A stretch of 64,000 nt of DNA, from the UHGV virus genome UHGV-1352853, one strand, 5' to 3'. The notes below the pieces were generated by a model that was given only the letters and a program-made list of their open reading frames with translations, was not told the origin of the DNA and ran no database searches. The DNA is from a virus. The position numbers and the translations under genes were made by a program. Below, piece after piece: positions 9,619-18,269 of the stretch. Position 1 is the first letter of the stretch. Each line of letters begins with the position of its first letter.

Positions 9619-9932
9619 AGGAATAGGAGCCATCCATTATATCCTTCCGGTATTTCATCCCCCTCAATAGGGAATAAGTCAGCGAATGGGATAAACTCTG
9701 CACGGTCACCATTACGGAATGGTAAACCAGATAAGTCTTCCGGGGCAGAAGTAGACAGACGATGGTCTATCAGCTTCATACCAAATTCTTTTGCAACAGA
9801 ACGAATAATTGCAGATTTACCCATCCCCGGTGATGAAGTCAGGAACGGTACGTTACCTGCTTGCAAGGCACGGATAATAAAGTTACGGGCCTGACGTGTA
9901 TTACATACGGTCAGTGAGTCAATGCTCGCCAT
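9619..9932 (-). CDS. MoxR-like AAA+ ATPase, exon 1 (N-terminal part with Walker A)
   Basis: Walker A SSPGMGKSAI; ends ...GWLLFL immediately before where Walker B DE is expected; ORF track stop (LLFLN*) lies in proposed intron. Confidence 0.6.
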
Positions 9933-9966
9933 TTACTTACTCTCCTAAAGTTAATGTAATTATTAA

Positions 9967-10293
9967 TTAAGATTTAATACATGGGTATGCTGTATCAATT
10001 GCCAACAGAACCATGTCTGATGGTACTTTTACTGCATTAACCTTTCGGTCGTACAGAATAATAGAGGCTACTTTGTCAAAGACATTTCCTAACTTTAAAC
10101 TATCTGGTACGCAGTTTTTACCTGCTTCTACACCCATAGTAACCATGCCCATGAAGTAACCCTGGTTCACAAAGTTTCCATTATTGGCTTTGTAATCAGC
10201 AGCAGCTTCCAACAAAGTTGCACGACTGGATGCTTGAGCACCGAATGACAAAACTGATAAAGCTACTAGAACAACAGCAATTAAAGTTTTCAT
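9967..10293 (-). CDS. secreted/periplasmic protein (108 aa) with cleavable signal peptide
   Basis: N-terminal MKTLIAVVLVALSVLSFGAQA signal peptide. Confidence 0.5.
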   Translation of the reverse strand: MKTLIAVVLVALSVLSFGAQASSRATLLEAAADYKANNGNFVNQGYFMGMVTMGVEAGKNCVPDSLKLGNVFDKVASIILYDRKVNAVKVPSDMVLLAIDTAYPCIKS

Positions 10294-10479
10294 TTAGTTA
10301 CCTTTCATTTCATTGAGTTGAAGTACTCCGGTAGGGGTTAATGACCACCCAAGACCAGTATTGAATTGCACTAAGCCCATTTTCTTAAGAGACTGTGCGG
10401 TTTTGTTATTACGGTTGCTGGTGGCAGAACCACCTTGAACCATGCGAAGGAATATTGCTTGGGACTGGGTAAGTTTCAT
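10294..10479 (-). CDS. hypothetical protein (61 aa)
   Basis: ORF abutting neighbours. Confidence 0.35.
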   Translation of the reverse strand: MKLTQSQAIFLRMVQGGSATSNRNNKTAQSLKKMGLVQFNTGLGWSLTPTGVLQLNEMKGN

Positions 10480-10685
10480 AGGTAATATGCTTCTAGGTTT
10501 ATTGGTTTTACAAATGTACTTGCTGATAGACAGAATGCTTTTCCTGTCTCTACAGCAACAGCAGCAGGTTTACCATCTGGTAAGTAAATCTTTAAACACA
10601 CAGACTGGTTATAAATAAAACCGTTAGCAGGTAGCACATCACCAAATGTTACTTCAGTGTTTTCAGAACGATTTGTTACTCTCAT
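10476..10685 (-). CDS. hypothetical protein (69 aa)
   Basis: ORF with 4-nt start/stop overlap. Confidence 0.35.
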   Translation of the reverse strand: MRVTNRSENTEVTFGDVLPANGFIYNQSVCLKIYLPDGKPAAVAVETGKAFCLSASTFVKPINLEAYYL

Positions 10686-10870
10686 TTCTTCTCCGGTACG
10701 AACTGCATTACGCAGCTTTGGTTACGAGGGATATTCAATTCACATTCATGCTTAAGGGTTTGCGTTACAGAGTTTGGAGTAGAACCAAAGTAACTATTAG
10801 AAATAGCTACAATTCCTGCACCAATTAACCCACCTAACAAGAACGAGAATAATGCAATCTCTTTATACAT
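10682..10870 (-). CDS. small membrane protein (62 aa)
   Basis: TM segment IALFSFLLGGLIGAGIVAI. Confidence 0.4.
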   Translation of the reverse strand: MYKEIALFSFLLGGLIGAGIVAISNSYFGSTPNSVTQTLKHECELNIPRNQSCVMQFVPEKK

Positions 10871-10894
10871 TTCCTGGCTCCAGAATGTTTAAGT

Positions 10895-10925
10895 CAAAAA
10901 AAGACCTCCCTTCAATAGGGAGGCC
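10895..10925 (-). terminator. intrinsic terminator
   Basis: stem GACCTCCC/GGGAGGCC (one G-U) with A7 on plus = U-run on minus, downstream of gene 10976..11809. Confidence 0.65.
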
Positions 10926-10975
10926 AAATAACGGAGTTTTACTTCAGGGTTTATAACCCCAAATAAAGGATGCCC

Positions 10976-11809
10976 TTATTCTGTAACAGTAACAGCAATA
11001 GTTACATCAACAGTACCATCAGTAACTACTACAGAAGTATCTTCCCCAGCAGCCACAGGTTTAACTGTCAGAACGTTACCTTCAATGGAAGCTGTAGCTT
11101 GCGCAGAGTTTGGAGCGGTTTTGATAGTCAACGTACCAACAGACGAACCAACTGGCATAGGAGTAATGGTTACTGATTTACCTTCAGCAGTATCAGTGGC
11201 AACAGACAGAGTTAGTGAAGCAGGGTTAGCTACCAGTGAGCTTGCTTTGTAATAACCAACAGCCAGCAAAGAGGTATCTTCTGCCGTGGTTCCATTAGCG
11301 TCAGTAACAATCACTTTATAAGTACCAGCAGAAGCGGCCTTTACATTCTTAAGGGTTAATGTCGCAGTTGTAGCAGATTCGTTACTATCAGAGCTAATAT
11401 CAGCAAATGCTGCACCGGCAGTGTTAGCCTTGTATTGCCATTTGTAAGTAAACGGTGCTTTACCACCTGCTACATCAACATGCCAGCTAACATCTTTTCC
11501 TTCAATGGAAGAAACTACACGAGGCAGTTTAGTAGCAATAGTCAGTCGTGGAGTAGCTTTCATATCAATAGAGATAGACTGCATATCTACGATGTTATTA
11601 GGCCAGAAGCCTGCTTTAGAAGGGTCTTTAGCAGAGCGTTTGTACAACAGATCACGAACACCATGAAAGATAACTAAACTATCTGGGTAAGTGGCATCTG
11701 GGTGTACAAAAGTTCCTACTTCTACTGAACCACCTGGAATAGAACCACCTGCATCCAGTACAGTTGCAACATTGGTGGTTTTGTTAAAACCTACTTTTAA
11801 AGTTGGCAT
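10976..11809 (-). CDS. Ig-like domain protein, candidate capsid decoration protein (N4 gp17-like)
   Basis: 277 aa; central Ig-like repeat (TYKWQYKANTAGAAFADISSDS...TLTLKNVKAASAGTYKVIVTDANGTTAEDTS); located in early/middle block just before RNAP II genes as N4 gp17; isolated by terminators. Confidence 0.45.
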   Translation of the reverse strand: MPTLKVGFNKTTNVATVLDAGGSIPGGSVEVGTFVHPDATYPDSLVIFHGVRDLLYKRSAKDPSKAGFWPNNIVDMQSISIDMKATPRLTIATKLPRVVSSIEGKDVSWHVDVAGGKAPFTYKWQYKANTAGAAFADISSDSNESATTATLTLKNVKAASAGTYKVIVTDANGTTAEDTSLLAVGYYKASSLVANPASLTLSVATDTAEGKSVTITPMPVGSSVGTLTIKTAPNSAQATASIEGNVLTVKPVAAGEDTSVVVTDGTVDVTIAVTVTE

Positions 11810-11856
11810 ATGAATTTCCTCTTAAGTAAATAGCAGGGTTAGTATACACGATGGGT

Positions 11857-11885
11857 AAAAATAAAAACCCTCCATTAGGAGGGTT
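11857..11885 (-). terminator. intrinsic terminator overlapping upstream stop codon
   Basis: AACCCTCC-ATTA-GGAGGGTT stem 11866-11885 followed on minus by UUUAUUUUU. Confidence 0.65.
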
Positions 11886-12066
11886 AGATAATTACATAGT
11901 AGATAGCAAAAGCTATCCATCCTGCCATTACAAAGCAGCCAAGTGAGTATGCTCCATAGTAACAGTAAGCAAACTTAGACTTGTGGGCACGAACTATCGT
12001 AGCCAGAACCAGTACAGATAAAACTATCAGTATTATCTGAGAGATTACTTCAAAAGGGATTAGCAT
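11884..12066 (-). CDS. small membrane protein (60 aa, trimmed start)
   Basis: GGAGGT SD 7 nt upstream of ATG 12066; two TM helices; longer ORF-track start would run through terminator. Confidence 0.45.
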   Translation of the reverse strand: MLIPFEVISQIILIVLSVLVLATIVRAHKSKFAYCYYGAYSLGCFVMAGWIAFAIYYVII

Positions 12067-12083
12067 AGTTATTACCTCCAAGC

Positions 12084-12118
12084 AAAAAATAAAGCCCCAC
12101 TCCCGAAGGAATGAGGCT
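12084..12118 (-). terminator. intrinsic terminator (11-bp stem with G-U pairs)
   Basis: AGCCCCACTCC-CGAA-GGAATGAGGCT, A-rich run 12085-12093 on plus = U-run on minus. Confidence 0.55.
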
Positions 12119-12124
12119 AGTTTA

Positions 12125-12265
12125 TTAATACACTTGCACAGTCCAGCCATTGTAAGAATCTACAAAGACAATCCAGTCATCTTCTGCCCATAGTCTAGAA
12201 CAAACTCCTGGGGCTTTGAATCTGTATAAACCTTGTCTATAAGCTTCTTTTTTAGCTAAGGGCAT
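12125..12265 (-). CDS. hypothetical small protein (46 aa, trimmed)
   Basis: ORF-track version overlaps RNAP II gene; Met at 12265 follows RNAP2 stop. Confidence 0.3.
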   Translation of the reverse strand: MPLAKKEAYRQGLYRFKAPGVCSRLWAEDDWIVFVDSYNGWTVQVY

Positions 12266-13469
12266 AATCGGCCTCCAGAATGTCTTGCCAGAGGCTGTCA
12301 TCCAGCTTACCAGCAGAAAACTCTTGCCCCAGTACCTGAGACAGAATGAAGCCCAGTAGATCACTCTTAGCAATGTCAGACAGAATCTGATTGTACTGAC
12401 GACGCAGGTCATTACCGTAGTTAGGATGGCAACGGAAGCAGTCATGCACAGTCATTACAGGGAATGGTTTCTTAGGCAGAGTGTCAATCATATCTGCTAC
12501 TACCTGACGGTCTACATAAGCAATAGTACATGGGTCAAGATAATCAATGATTGATAATGATAAGAAGCCAGATTTCTCATAGTGGCTCCATAGCTCTTGT
12601 ACCTTCTCTAGGTTACCTGCAATTTCCCCATATTCTGAAGGACCTTCATCACAGAGTTCTCTCACAGCTTCCACTAAGTCACGGTCGAAGTTACAACGAC
12701 GTAGCATCTCACGTACTACCATCCCATCAATAGAGTGAGTGATGTTAGCAGAGAGCATACGAGTCTTCTCTTCAGTACCCTGAACCATACGAGTGATGTC
12801 AAATGGCTTACCTAAGAAGTTAACAGTCTGTACCTCTGGTACCATGACCTTAATGACAGCATGGAAGTTGTCAGGTAATACCCATACGTAACGATTAGCA
12901 TCCGGGTTACCACATTGCAATAAGAACTTGTTCAATGCCCAAGGACCACTTGCAACTGTTTCCATTACATTCTCAAAAGTCTTGAGACGAATACCTTCAC
13001 CGAATACTTCTTTAGGTTTGGCTTCTGAGCCGTAGAATGCAGTCATAACTGCCTGCTTAGTGTCACTACGTTTAATACGGGATGCTTCACCAAGAATGTC
13101 CAGCATCTTGTGGTAGATAACTGTATAAGCATCACGACGTAACGGCTTACCATTTTCTCCAATGTAGTTAACTACGTTACACAGTTCAGCAGCAGAACGG
13201 TCACCTGTCAGGCAAGCCAGTAACTGCAATCCTGACGATGTAGCATCCAGGGCTACGGCATACCCAATAGGCTTACCTGCTTTCATGTCTTTCCATGCGT
13301 TTATACCAGCATAGAACAGTGCAGATTCTTCAGCTTCATCTACCAGATTAAGTAGGTTAGCTTCGTTCTCATCGAACCAGGCAATACGTTCATCCCAGGT
13401 CTTTTTATCCAGACCATAGTTATTAGCAATATCTACTTTCAGGTATTCTTTAGCGGTTAACAGTTGCAT
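12252..13469 (-). CDS. N4-type RNA polymerase II large subunit (RNAP2, T7-like catalytic motifs A, B, C)
   Basis: motif A DATSSGLQLLACLTGD, motif B RSDTKQAVMTAFYGSEAK, motif C VHDCF; 405 aa as N4 gp16. Confidence 0.85.
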   Translation of the reverse strand: MQLLTAKEYLKVDIANNYGLDKKTWDERIAWFDENEANLLNLVDEAEESALFYAGINAWKDMKAGKPIGYAVALDATSSGLQLLACLTGDRSAAELCNVVNYIGENGKPLRRDAYTVIYHKMLDILGEASRIKRSDTKQAVMTAFYGSEAKPKEVFGEGIRLKTFENVMETVASGPWALNKFLLQCGNPDANRYVWVLPDNFHAVIKVMVPEVQTVNFLGKPFDITRMVQGTEEKTRMLSANITHSIDGMVVREMLRRCNFDRDLVEAVRELCDEGPSEYGEIAGNLEKVQELWSHYEKSGFLSLSIIDYLDPCTIAYVDRQVVADMIDTLPKKPFPVMTVHDCFRCHPNYGNDLRRQYNQILSDIAKSDLLGFILSQVLGQEFSAGKLDDSLWQDILEADYALS

Positions 13470-13526
13470 TTTATGTTCCTTTTGCTTCTTGGCTCCCCAC
13501 TATGGAGAGCCTGCTTATTAGATGGA

Positions 13527-13766
13527 TTAGCCAGCATTAAATGATGACAATACTATTCCTGGTTCCACACCTTCGGTGGCAATACCCAGGTACTCAACGT
13601 GCACTTTATCAGGAGAGGAGCACCAGGCGGAAGACAGATTCCATTCTCCGTCTGGATTAATAAGGCGAGCTTCTTCTTTAGTCTTAGCAGCTACTACTGC
13701 GGAATCGTATGTATCCCATCCTGTATTTTCTTCCTGGCTAATAAGCCATAGTTTTAATCTACTCAT
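13527..13766 (-). CDS. hypothetical protein (79 aa)
   Basis: ORF between the two RNAP II subunit genes. Confidence 0.4.
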   Translation of the reverse strand: MSRLKLWLISQEENTGWDTYDSAVVAAKTKEEARLINPDGEWNLSSAWCSSPDKVHVEYLGIATEGVEPGIVLSSFNAG

Positions 13767-14577
13767 CGTTTACTAACTCCTTATCAGCGAACTCCAGTAC
13801 AGCTTTGTTGTAACTGGTTCCCTGATAGTTGATGTGGTAGCCACAGGCATATGTACGCCCACGTTTGTCATATTTGTGAGCCAGGGAGAAGTTATTTCCT
13901 TCTTTGGTCACTAACTCCATTACTTCCTTAGCAGTACGGCTGTACTTCTCAAAGGCTTTAACACGTTTCTCATAGTCCTGACGAGTTTCACCCTCTTTGG
14001 GTTTATCCATGTTAGGGCGAGAGTCCTTTACATAGTTAGCAACGTCCCAGTTAATACAGAGACGTTGGTTATTCATACGGTTGATATGGTCAAGACAGAC
14101 ATCCATCTCATGATGGTTCTTCTTGAGGATGATGCTGCCTCTGCTTTCGTAGTAACCGGTGTCACGGTTACTCATAACAGGCTTAGGAGCACTTACGATA
14201 GGCAATGGGTACTGGAATGCTTCCAGTTCCATCTGTACATCTTCACTAATCTCATAAATAACACCGAACCTGTCGATGGTAGGGTCATAGTTGAAGCAGT
14301 CATTCTCTGCCATCTTATATAGACAGTCAGCGATGTACTGAGCATCATCTGAGTGACTCATGAGAGAGCCAATCATAGTTTGAATGTCAGCTCGTTTATG
14401 TAGGGCAATCTGCACCATTGCATCAATGAGCAGCTTATAATCAATTTCTAAATAGGCAGCAAAAGCCTTAAAGTCAATTTCTTCGGAGTCCTCGAATTCC
14501 TTCCTCATGCGAGGGAGTAATTGATTTTTGTTGAAAAGGATTTCAAGTTGCTTCTGATGTTCAATAGATGAGTACAT
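13759..14577 (-). CDS. N4-type RNA polymerase II small subunit (RNAP1, N-terminal half of T7-like RNAP)
   Basis: T/DxxGR motif YDKRGRTYACGYHINYQGTSYNKAVL matching T7 RNAP DFRGRVYAV...QG; 272 aa as N4 gp15. Confidence 0.8.
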   Translation of the reverse strand: MYSSIEHQKQLEILFNKNQLLPRMRKEFEDSEEIDFKAFAAYLEIDYKLLIDAMVQIALHKRADIQTMIGSLMSHSDDAQYIADCLYKMAENDCFNYDPTIDRFGVIYEISEDVQMELEAFQYPLPIVSAPKPVMSNRDTGYYESRGSIILKKNHHEMDVCLDHINRMNNQRLCINWDVANYVKDSRPNMDKPKEGETRQDYEKRVKAFEKYSRTAKEVMELVTKEGNNFSLAHKYDKRGRTYACGYHINYQGTSYNKAVLEFADKELVNDE

Positions 14578-14630
14578 CGCATATTCTCCTAAATGTGATT
14601 AATAACCAAAAGCTGCTGAGCAGCTATTAC

Positions 14631-14891
14631 CTAACGCTTAGTCCAAAAAGTAATACGAATACTATTTTCATTACCAATGTAGTCGATACGTACATGCAAG
14701 CCATTACCATTAAACTCATTACTTTTTTTCTGATAAGGCCAGACTAGGCTAGTCATAGGTATTTTAATGAAACCTGATATGTGTCCTAGTTTAGTACGGC
14801 TCTTTAATTCGTTCTGTAATGCACAATAGATATCGTGTCGTGTAAGTGCTCTGGCTCTGACTTGAGCAGACCATAATTCTTCATAAGTCAT
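14631..14891 (-). CDS. hypothetical early protein (86 aa)
   Basis: ORF in early block. Confidence 0.4.
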   Translation of the reverse strand: MTYEELWSAQVRARALTRHDIYCALQNELKSRTKLGHISGFIKIPMTSLVWPYQKKSNEFNGNGLHVRIDYIGNENSIRITFWTKR

Positions 14892-14893
14892 TA

Positions 14894-15244
14894 TTAACTC
14901 CAGTAGTTGTAAGCATCGCCTAAGTGTTTACGCCATGCTTCTGGTAACAGTACATTTCCAGTTACGTTAATGAATTGGTATGGGTCCAGATAGTCATTAC
15001 TCATAACTTTGAAATCCCATTGTGGATTAGAAGATGCATAGGCAATGAAACCTTCAATGAAGCCATAGATAGCACCCTCTTTAATCCGGTTACCATAACC
15101 ATCCTTTACTGGAATGGCAAAGCTATTACCATAATGACCATAGGCCATACCCCAGCGAGCACCATGCTTCTTATATGCTAATTTGGCAGCAGCATTATTA
15201 TGCTGCCCAAGTAAATTGGTAGTGAATACTAAGATTTCTTTCAT
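14894..15244 (-). CDS. hypothetical early protein (116 aa)
   Basis: ORF; GxHxxGxA-type Rossmann-like motif noted but unassigned. Confidence 0.4.
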   Translation of the reverse strand: MKEILVFTTNLLGQHNNAAAKLAYKKHGARWGMAYGHYGNSFAIPVKDGYGNRIKEGAIYGFIEGFIAYASSNPQWDFKVMSNDYLDPYQFINVTGNVLLPEAWRKHLGDAYNYWS

Positions 15245-15441
15245 TTACAAGCCTCTCTATTATAAATATAAGCATCGTGTGTGGTCATATTGTTGTATTG
15301 ACGGGTTACTTCTAAATAAGTAAGAGCATATTCATGGTCACGTTGTTCTTTCTTGGTTCGGCAATGACCACATTTACCATCCCATTGGGATACATAACCT
15401 TTGCCACATTTGCATTGCTTATCCATTAGGATTCTCCACAA
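15241..15441 (-). CDS. zinc-ribbon protein (66 aa)
   Basis: CKCGKG...CGHC pair of CxxC motifs. Confidence 0.4.
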   Translation of the reverse strand: MWRILMDKQCKCGKGYVSQWDGKCGHCRTKKEQRDHEYALTYLEVTRQYNNMTTHDAYIYNREACK

Positions 15442-15799
15442 AATATTTGTACATAGCTTTCACTAGCTTTTCTTTAATAACCTCACCATGACATGGCTTC
15501 GGATAACAGAAGCACTGTAAGGCTAATCCTTTCTCGTCAATGGCTTTATTACCCAGACGATTAAGTTCATCCAGTACAACTGGATTTCCTTTATCAATCT
15601 GCTCTTGCAGCCATACTTCATACTTAGCAATTACTTGCTCTCTGGTTCCATGTTTACCAATGACAAATGGATTGCCTAATGGTGATCCACGTCCAATATA
15701 CTCACCGGATTTACCGTGATGTTTATTAACAATAGTAATAGGACGTGCAGATACACCCAGCAAAGCATTAGTGTCATCACCTAATGTAATAGTCTTCAT
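15419..15799 (-). CDS. DUF4326-like protein (126 aa)
   Basis: IGRGSPLGNPF motif and C-terminal CYPKPCHG as in DUF4326 family. Confidence 0.45.
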   Translation of the reverse strand: MKTITLGDDTNALLGVSARPITIVNKHHGKSGEYIGRGSPLGNPFVIGKHGTREQVIAKYEVWLQEQIDKGNPVVLDELNRLGNKAIDEKGLALQCFCYPKPCHGEVIKEKLVKAMYKYFVENPNG

Positions 15800-16110
15800 G
15801 GTTTTAATACCTGAAATGCGAATACAGGACGTTTACTACGCCACTGGTTCATAGCTAATTCACTGGTTTCAGAACCATCATGTAAGTCATAGATAAATGA
15901 GATTACATAGTCTGGTTCTTCCGGGAAGTTCTCTGTAGAGAATGGTAGACCAGATTCCTTAAGGATAGGAACCAGTGGAGATTCAGCATTACAGTACAGA
16001 GTAAACTCTTCATTAAATGCCTGGCTTGTCTGAGATACATAATCAATATTACGCATCATTTTATCTACATCAGTAAATGTAGCGTCATGTACTACTAGAA
16101 TAGTTTTCAT
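15796..16110 (-). CDS. hypothetical early protein (104 aa)
   Basis: ORF with 4-nt overlap coupling. Confidence 0.4.
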   Translation of the reverse strand: MKTILVVHDATFTDVDKMMRNIDYVSQTSQAFNEEFTLYCNAESPLVPILKESGLPFSTENFPEEPDYVISFIYDLHDGSETSELAMNQWRSKRPVFAFQVLKP

Positions 16111-16361
16111 ACCTTTCTCAATGTCCCATAAATGTTATTATCGACAATACTCAAATCACAGAAACCAATCTCTTCTTGTCTCCCAGAGGATACCCAGATA
16201 TTGTTTTCTGTTAGCTTAGGTTTCTTAGAGAATCCTATTAATGAGGTATTAGCACTCTTATATTGTCGAGTATATAGAGCTATATACTTAACCCAGTGAG
16301 GCACTTGGATAGTATGCCTCATATATTCTACGTTCTTGCCTGTAGGATATGTAATAATCAT
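16107..16361 (-). CDS. hypothetical early protein (84 aa)
   Basis: ORF with overlap coupling. Confidence 0.35.
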   Translation of the reverse strand: MIITYPTGKNVEYMRHTIQVPHWVKYIALYTRQYKSANTSLIGFSKKPKLTENNIWVSSGRQEEIGFCDLSIVDNNIYGTLRKV

Positions 16362-16718
16362 TTAGTACCTCACAACATATACAGGTTTATTTAGTCTCTG
16401 CATGATATCAATCATGTGCTTGGTTCCTTTAGATTTACCATCCCAGAAACATACAGCAGCATCTGCAAATTCACCCATTTCCTGGTTACGTCTATAACCA
16501 GCAGATTTTCCATATTTATCCCAGTTTGCTGGAAAATTATGAATAGGCATTTTGTTATTAGCCCATAGACTATATGCAAGCATATCTGCTCCACGAGCCA
16601 TACCACATACCAATTCTGGGCATTCTGGTATATTCCCTGAATTTACTAACTTCTGTAGTTCAGCAATCATAAGATTAGCGTCAGTAAAATCACGTCCACC
16701 GGCTACAATTAGTTTCAT
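16362..16718 (-). CDS. DUF2493/SLOG-fold protein (118 aa)
   Basis: VAGGRDF, ARGADMLAYSLWA, GYRRNQEM, AVCFWDGKSKGTKHMI motifs matching the SLOG/DUF2493 signature. Confidence 0.5.
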   Translation of the reverse strand: MKLIVAGGRDFTDANLMIAELQKLVNSGNIPECPELVCGMARGADMLAYSLWANNKMPIHNFPANWDKYGKSAGYRRNQEMGEFADAAVCFWDGKSKGTKHMIDIMQRLNKPVYVVRY

Positions 16719-16936
16719 TTCTGATACCCCTGTATATAGTTAATACGACGAATACGTTGAGTAGATGCCTTAACAGCCATCTGTTGATTTTCTTCTTTAT
16801 ACTGATTAGTCAGTATCTTATCCCATTCTTTCTGGTTCCTTTGCTTCTGTAATATACGACTACAACGTTTATGATTGGCAACTCCACGTCCTTTTTTACA
16901 GACTGGGCAAATACCATAATCGTTTGAGTACATCAT
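16715..16936 (-). CDS. small zinc-ribbon protein (73 aa)
   Basis: CPVCKK...HKRC. Confidence 0.35.
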   Translation of the reverse strand: MMYSNDYGICPVCKKGRGVANHKRCSRILQKQRNQKEWDKILTNQYKEENQQMAVKASTQRIRRINYIQGYQK

Positions 16937-17241
16937 TGGCTTAATGCCTCCATTAATATTTTACGAATAACGTTAACATCAGATTCAGTACCAATTAAAC
17001 CAACAGGCTTACCTGTACTATCTGTTATAAAGCCAGCAATCCTTTCCATCTCTGCTGTAATTAACTTGTCACCATTAATAAGACGGTTACGAAGGTAAGC
17101 TTCATAGGCTACCTCTATATCTTCTACTGTGGTTCTTTCATTACGAGAAAATGGATTACTTAATGGGAAGGGTAAATGTACCCGTATATTCCTGTCAGCT
17201 ACTTTAGCTTGGTGAGGAAGTATACATACTATTTCATTCAA
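16933..17241 (-). CDS. hypothetical early protein (102 aa)
   Basis: ORF. Confidence 0.4.
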   Translation of the reverse strand: MNEIVCILPHQAKVADRNIRVHLPFPLSNPFSRNERTTVEDIEVAYEAYLRNRLINGDKLITAEMERIAGFITDSTGKPVGLIGTESDVNVIRKILMEALSQ

Positions 17242-17277
17242 GATTATTTCTCCTATTTAAATACATATCTAACTACT

Positions 17278-17316
17278 CAAAAATAAAAAAATAGGAGCCT
17301 CCTAATGGAGGACTCC
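17278..17316 (-). terminator. intrinsic terminator
   Basis: GGAGCCTCC-TAAT-GGAGGACTCC stem, A-run 17278-17291 on plus = U-run on minus, directly after HNH gene. Confidence 0.6.
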
Positions 17317-17319
17317 CTA

Positions 17320-17775
17320 CTATTTTCCGTGGTTTGGATGAAATCCATATAAATTCTCTGCGTCTAGACGAGCAGCCACAGCATCAGTTAACTCCTTAAA
17401 GTAACCTAGATGCTTTCTCTTACCCTTTACGGAAATGAACACTTGCCATTTATTGGAAGTTTTATTCCAACGTACACCAGTATGCCCTGACTTATTGTTA
17501 GCATACTTAGTAGAGTTCATTAGATTGGTTTGTCTGTCTACTAATCTAAGATTCTCAATTCTGTTATCAAGGCGGTTATGCCATATGTGGTCTATTTGCA
17601 TATCTTTGGGGATTGTTCCATAGTGCATTTCCCAAATTACCCTATGCTCACAATATTTAACCCCTTTAACATGAACAAAACGATAACCACTTGGGTGTAC
17701 AGTTCCAGCTCTCTTACCATTTTTAATATGGTATAGTTTTCCGGATTCATATCTGAATATACTATTCCAATCCAT
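17320..17775 (-). CDS. HNH homing endonuclease (HNH_3 + AP2), free-standing
   Basis: HRVIWEMHYGTIP...IDHIWHNRLDNRIENLRLVDRQTN (HNH) and SGHTGVRWNKTSNKWQVFISVKGKRKHLGYF (AP2). Confidence 0.8.
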   Translation of the reverse strand: MDWNSIFRYESGKLYHIKNGKRAGTVHPSGYRFVHVKGVKYCEHRVIWEMHYGTIPKDMQIDHIWHNRLDNRIENLRLVDRQTNLMNSTKYANNKSGHTGVRWNKTSNKWQVFISVKGKRKHLGYFKELTDAVAARLDAENLYGFHPNHGK

Positions 17776-17947
17776 CTAACACCCACCTATGATTGAAGGT
17801 AACAATTTTACGTACTGGTTCAGATGTTTGTTGCTTAGCAGCCATACGTTTCTTCATCTTCTGTACGTCAGCTTTAGTTCCCATGATTAATGACTTACGC
17901 ATGTTTAGTACTCCACATAAAGTTAAAAGGTTTATTGTTACGTACAA
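17762..17947 (-). CDS. hypothetical protein (61 aa)
   Basis: ORF. Confidence 0.3.
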   Translation of the reverse strand: MYVTINLLTLCGVLNMRKSLIMGTKADVQKMKKRMAAKQQTSEPVRKIVTFNHRWVLDGLE

Positions 17948-18269
17948 TTCTTACAACCATTTGATAGCCATTGAGCTGTACAACACCATAGTGTCGTTTC
18001 TGTACACCAGTGTGATATCTACGAAAGATACATTCTTCAATGGCATCCTCAATGTTAGTGAATATCACTGGTTCCTCCGTAATATTGGCAGTTAAGCACA
18101 GGTGAATAACATTTACACATCCCCACCTGGTTCATCTCTACCACGAGCATCACTCGCTACGGACGTGAACATACCAATAATTATGCCTACGGCTAATAAC
18201 CACGGGAATGCAGCTACCAGCAGTATCATTAATAAAGTACACAGAATCTCTACCAGTAGCTTCATAGCA

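Noticed and set aside
12125-12445. 106-aa ORF overlapping the 3' end of the RNAP II large-subunit gene
   Set aside because: The overlap with a strongly supported gene is in another frame. I trimmed it to the 46-aa portion downstream of the RNAP2 stop, at low confidence.
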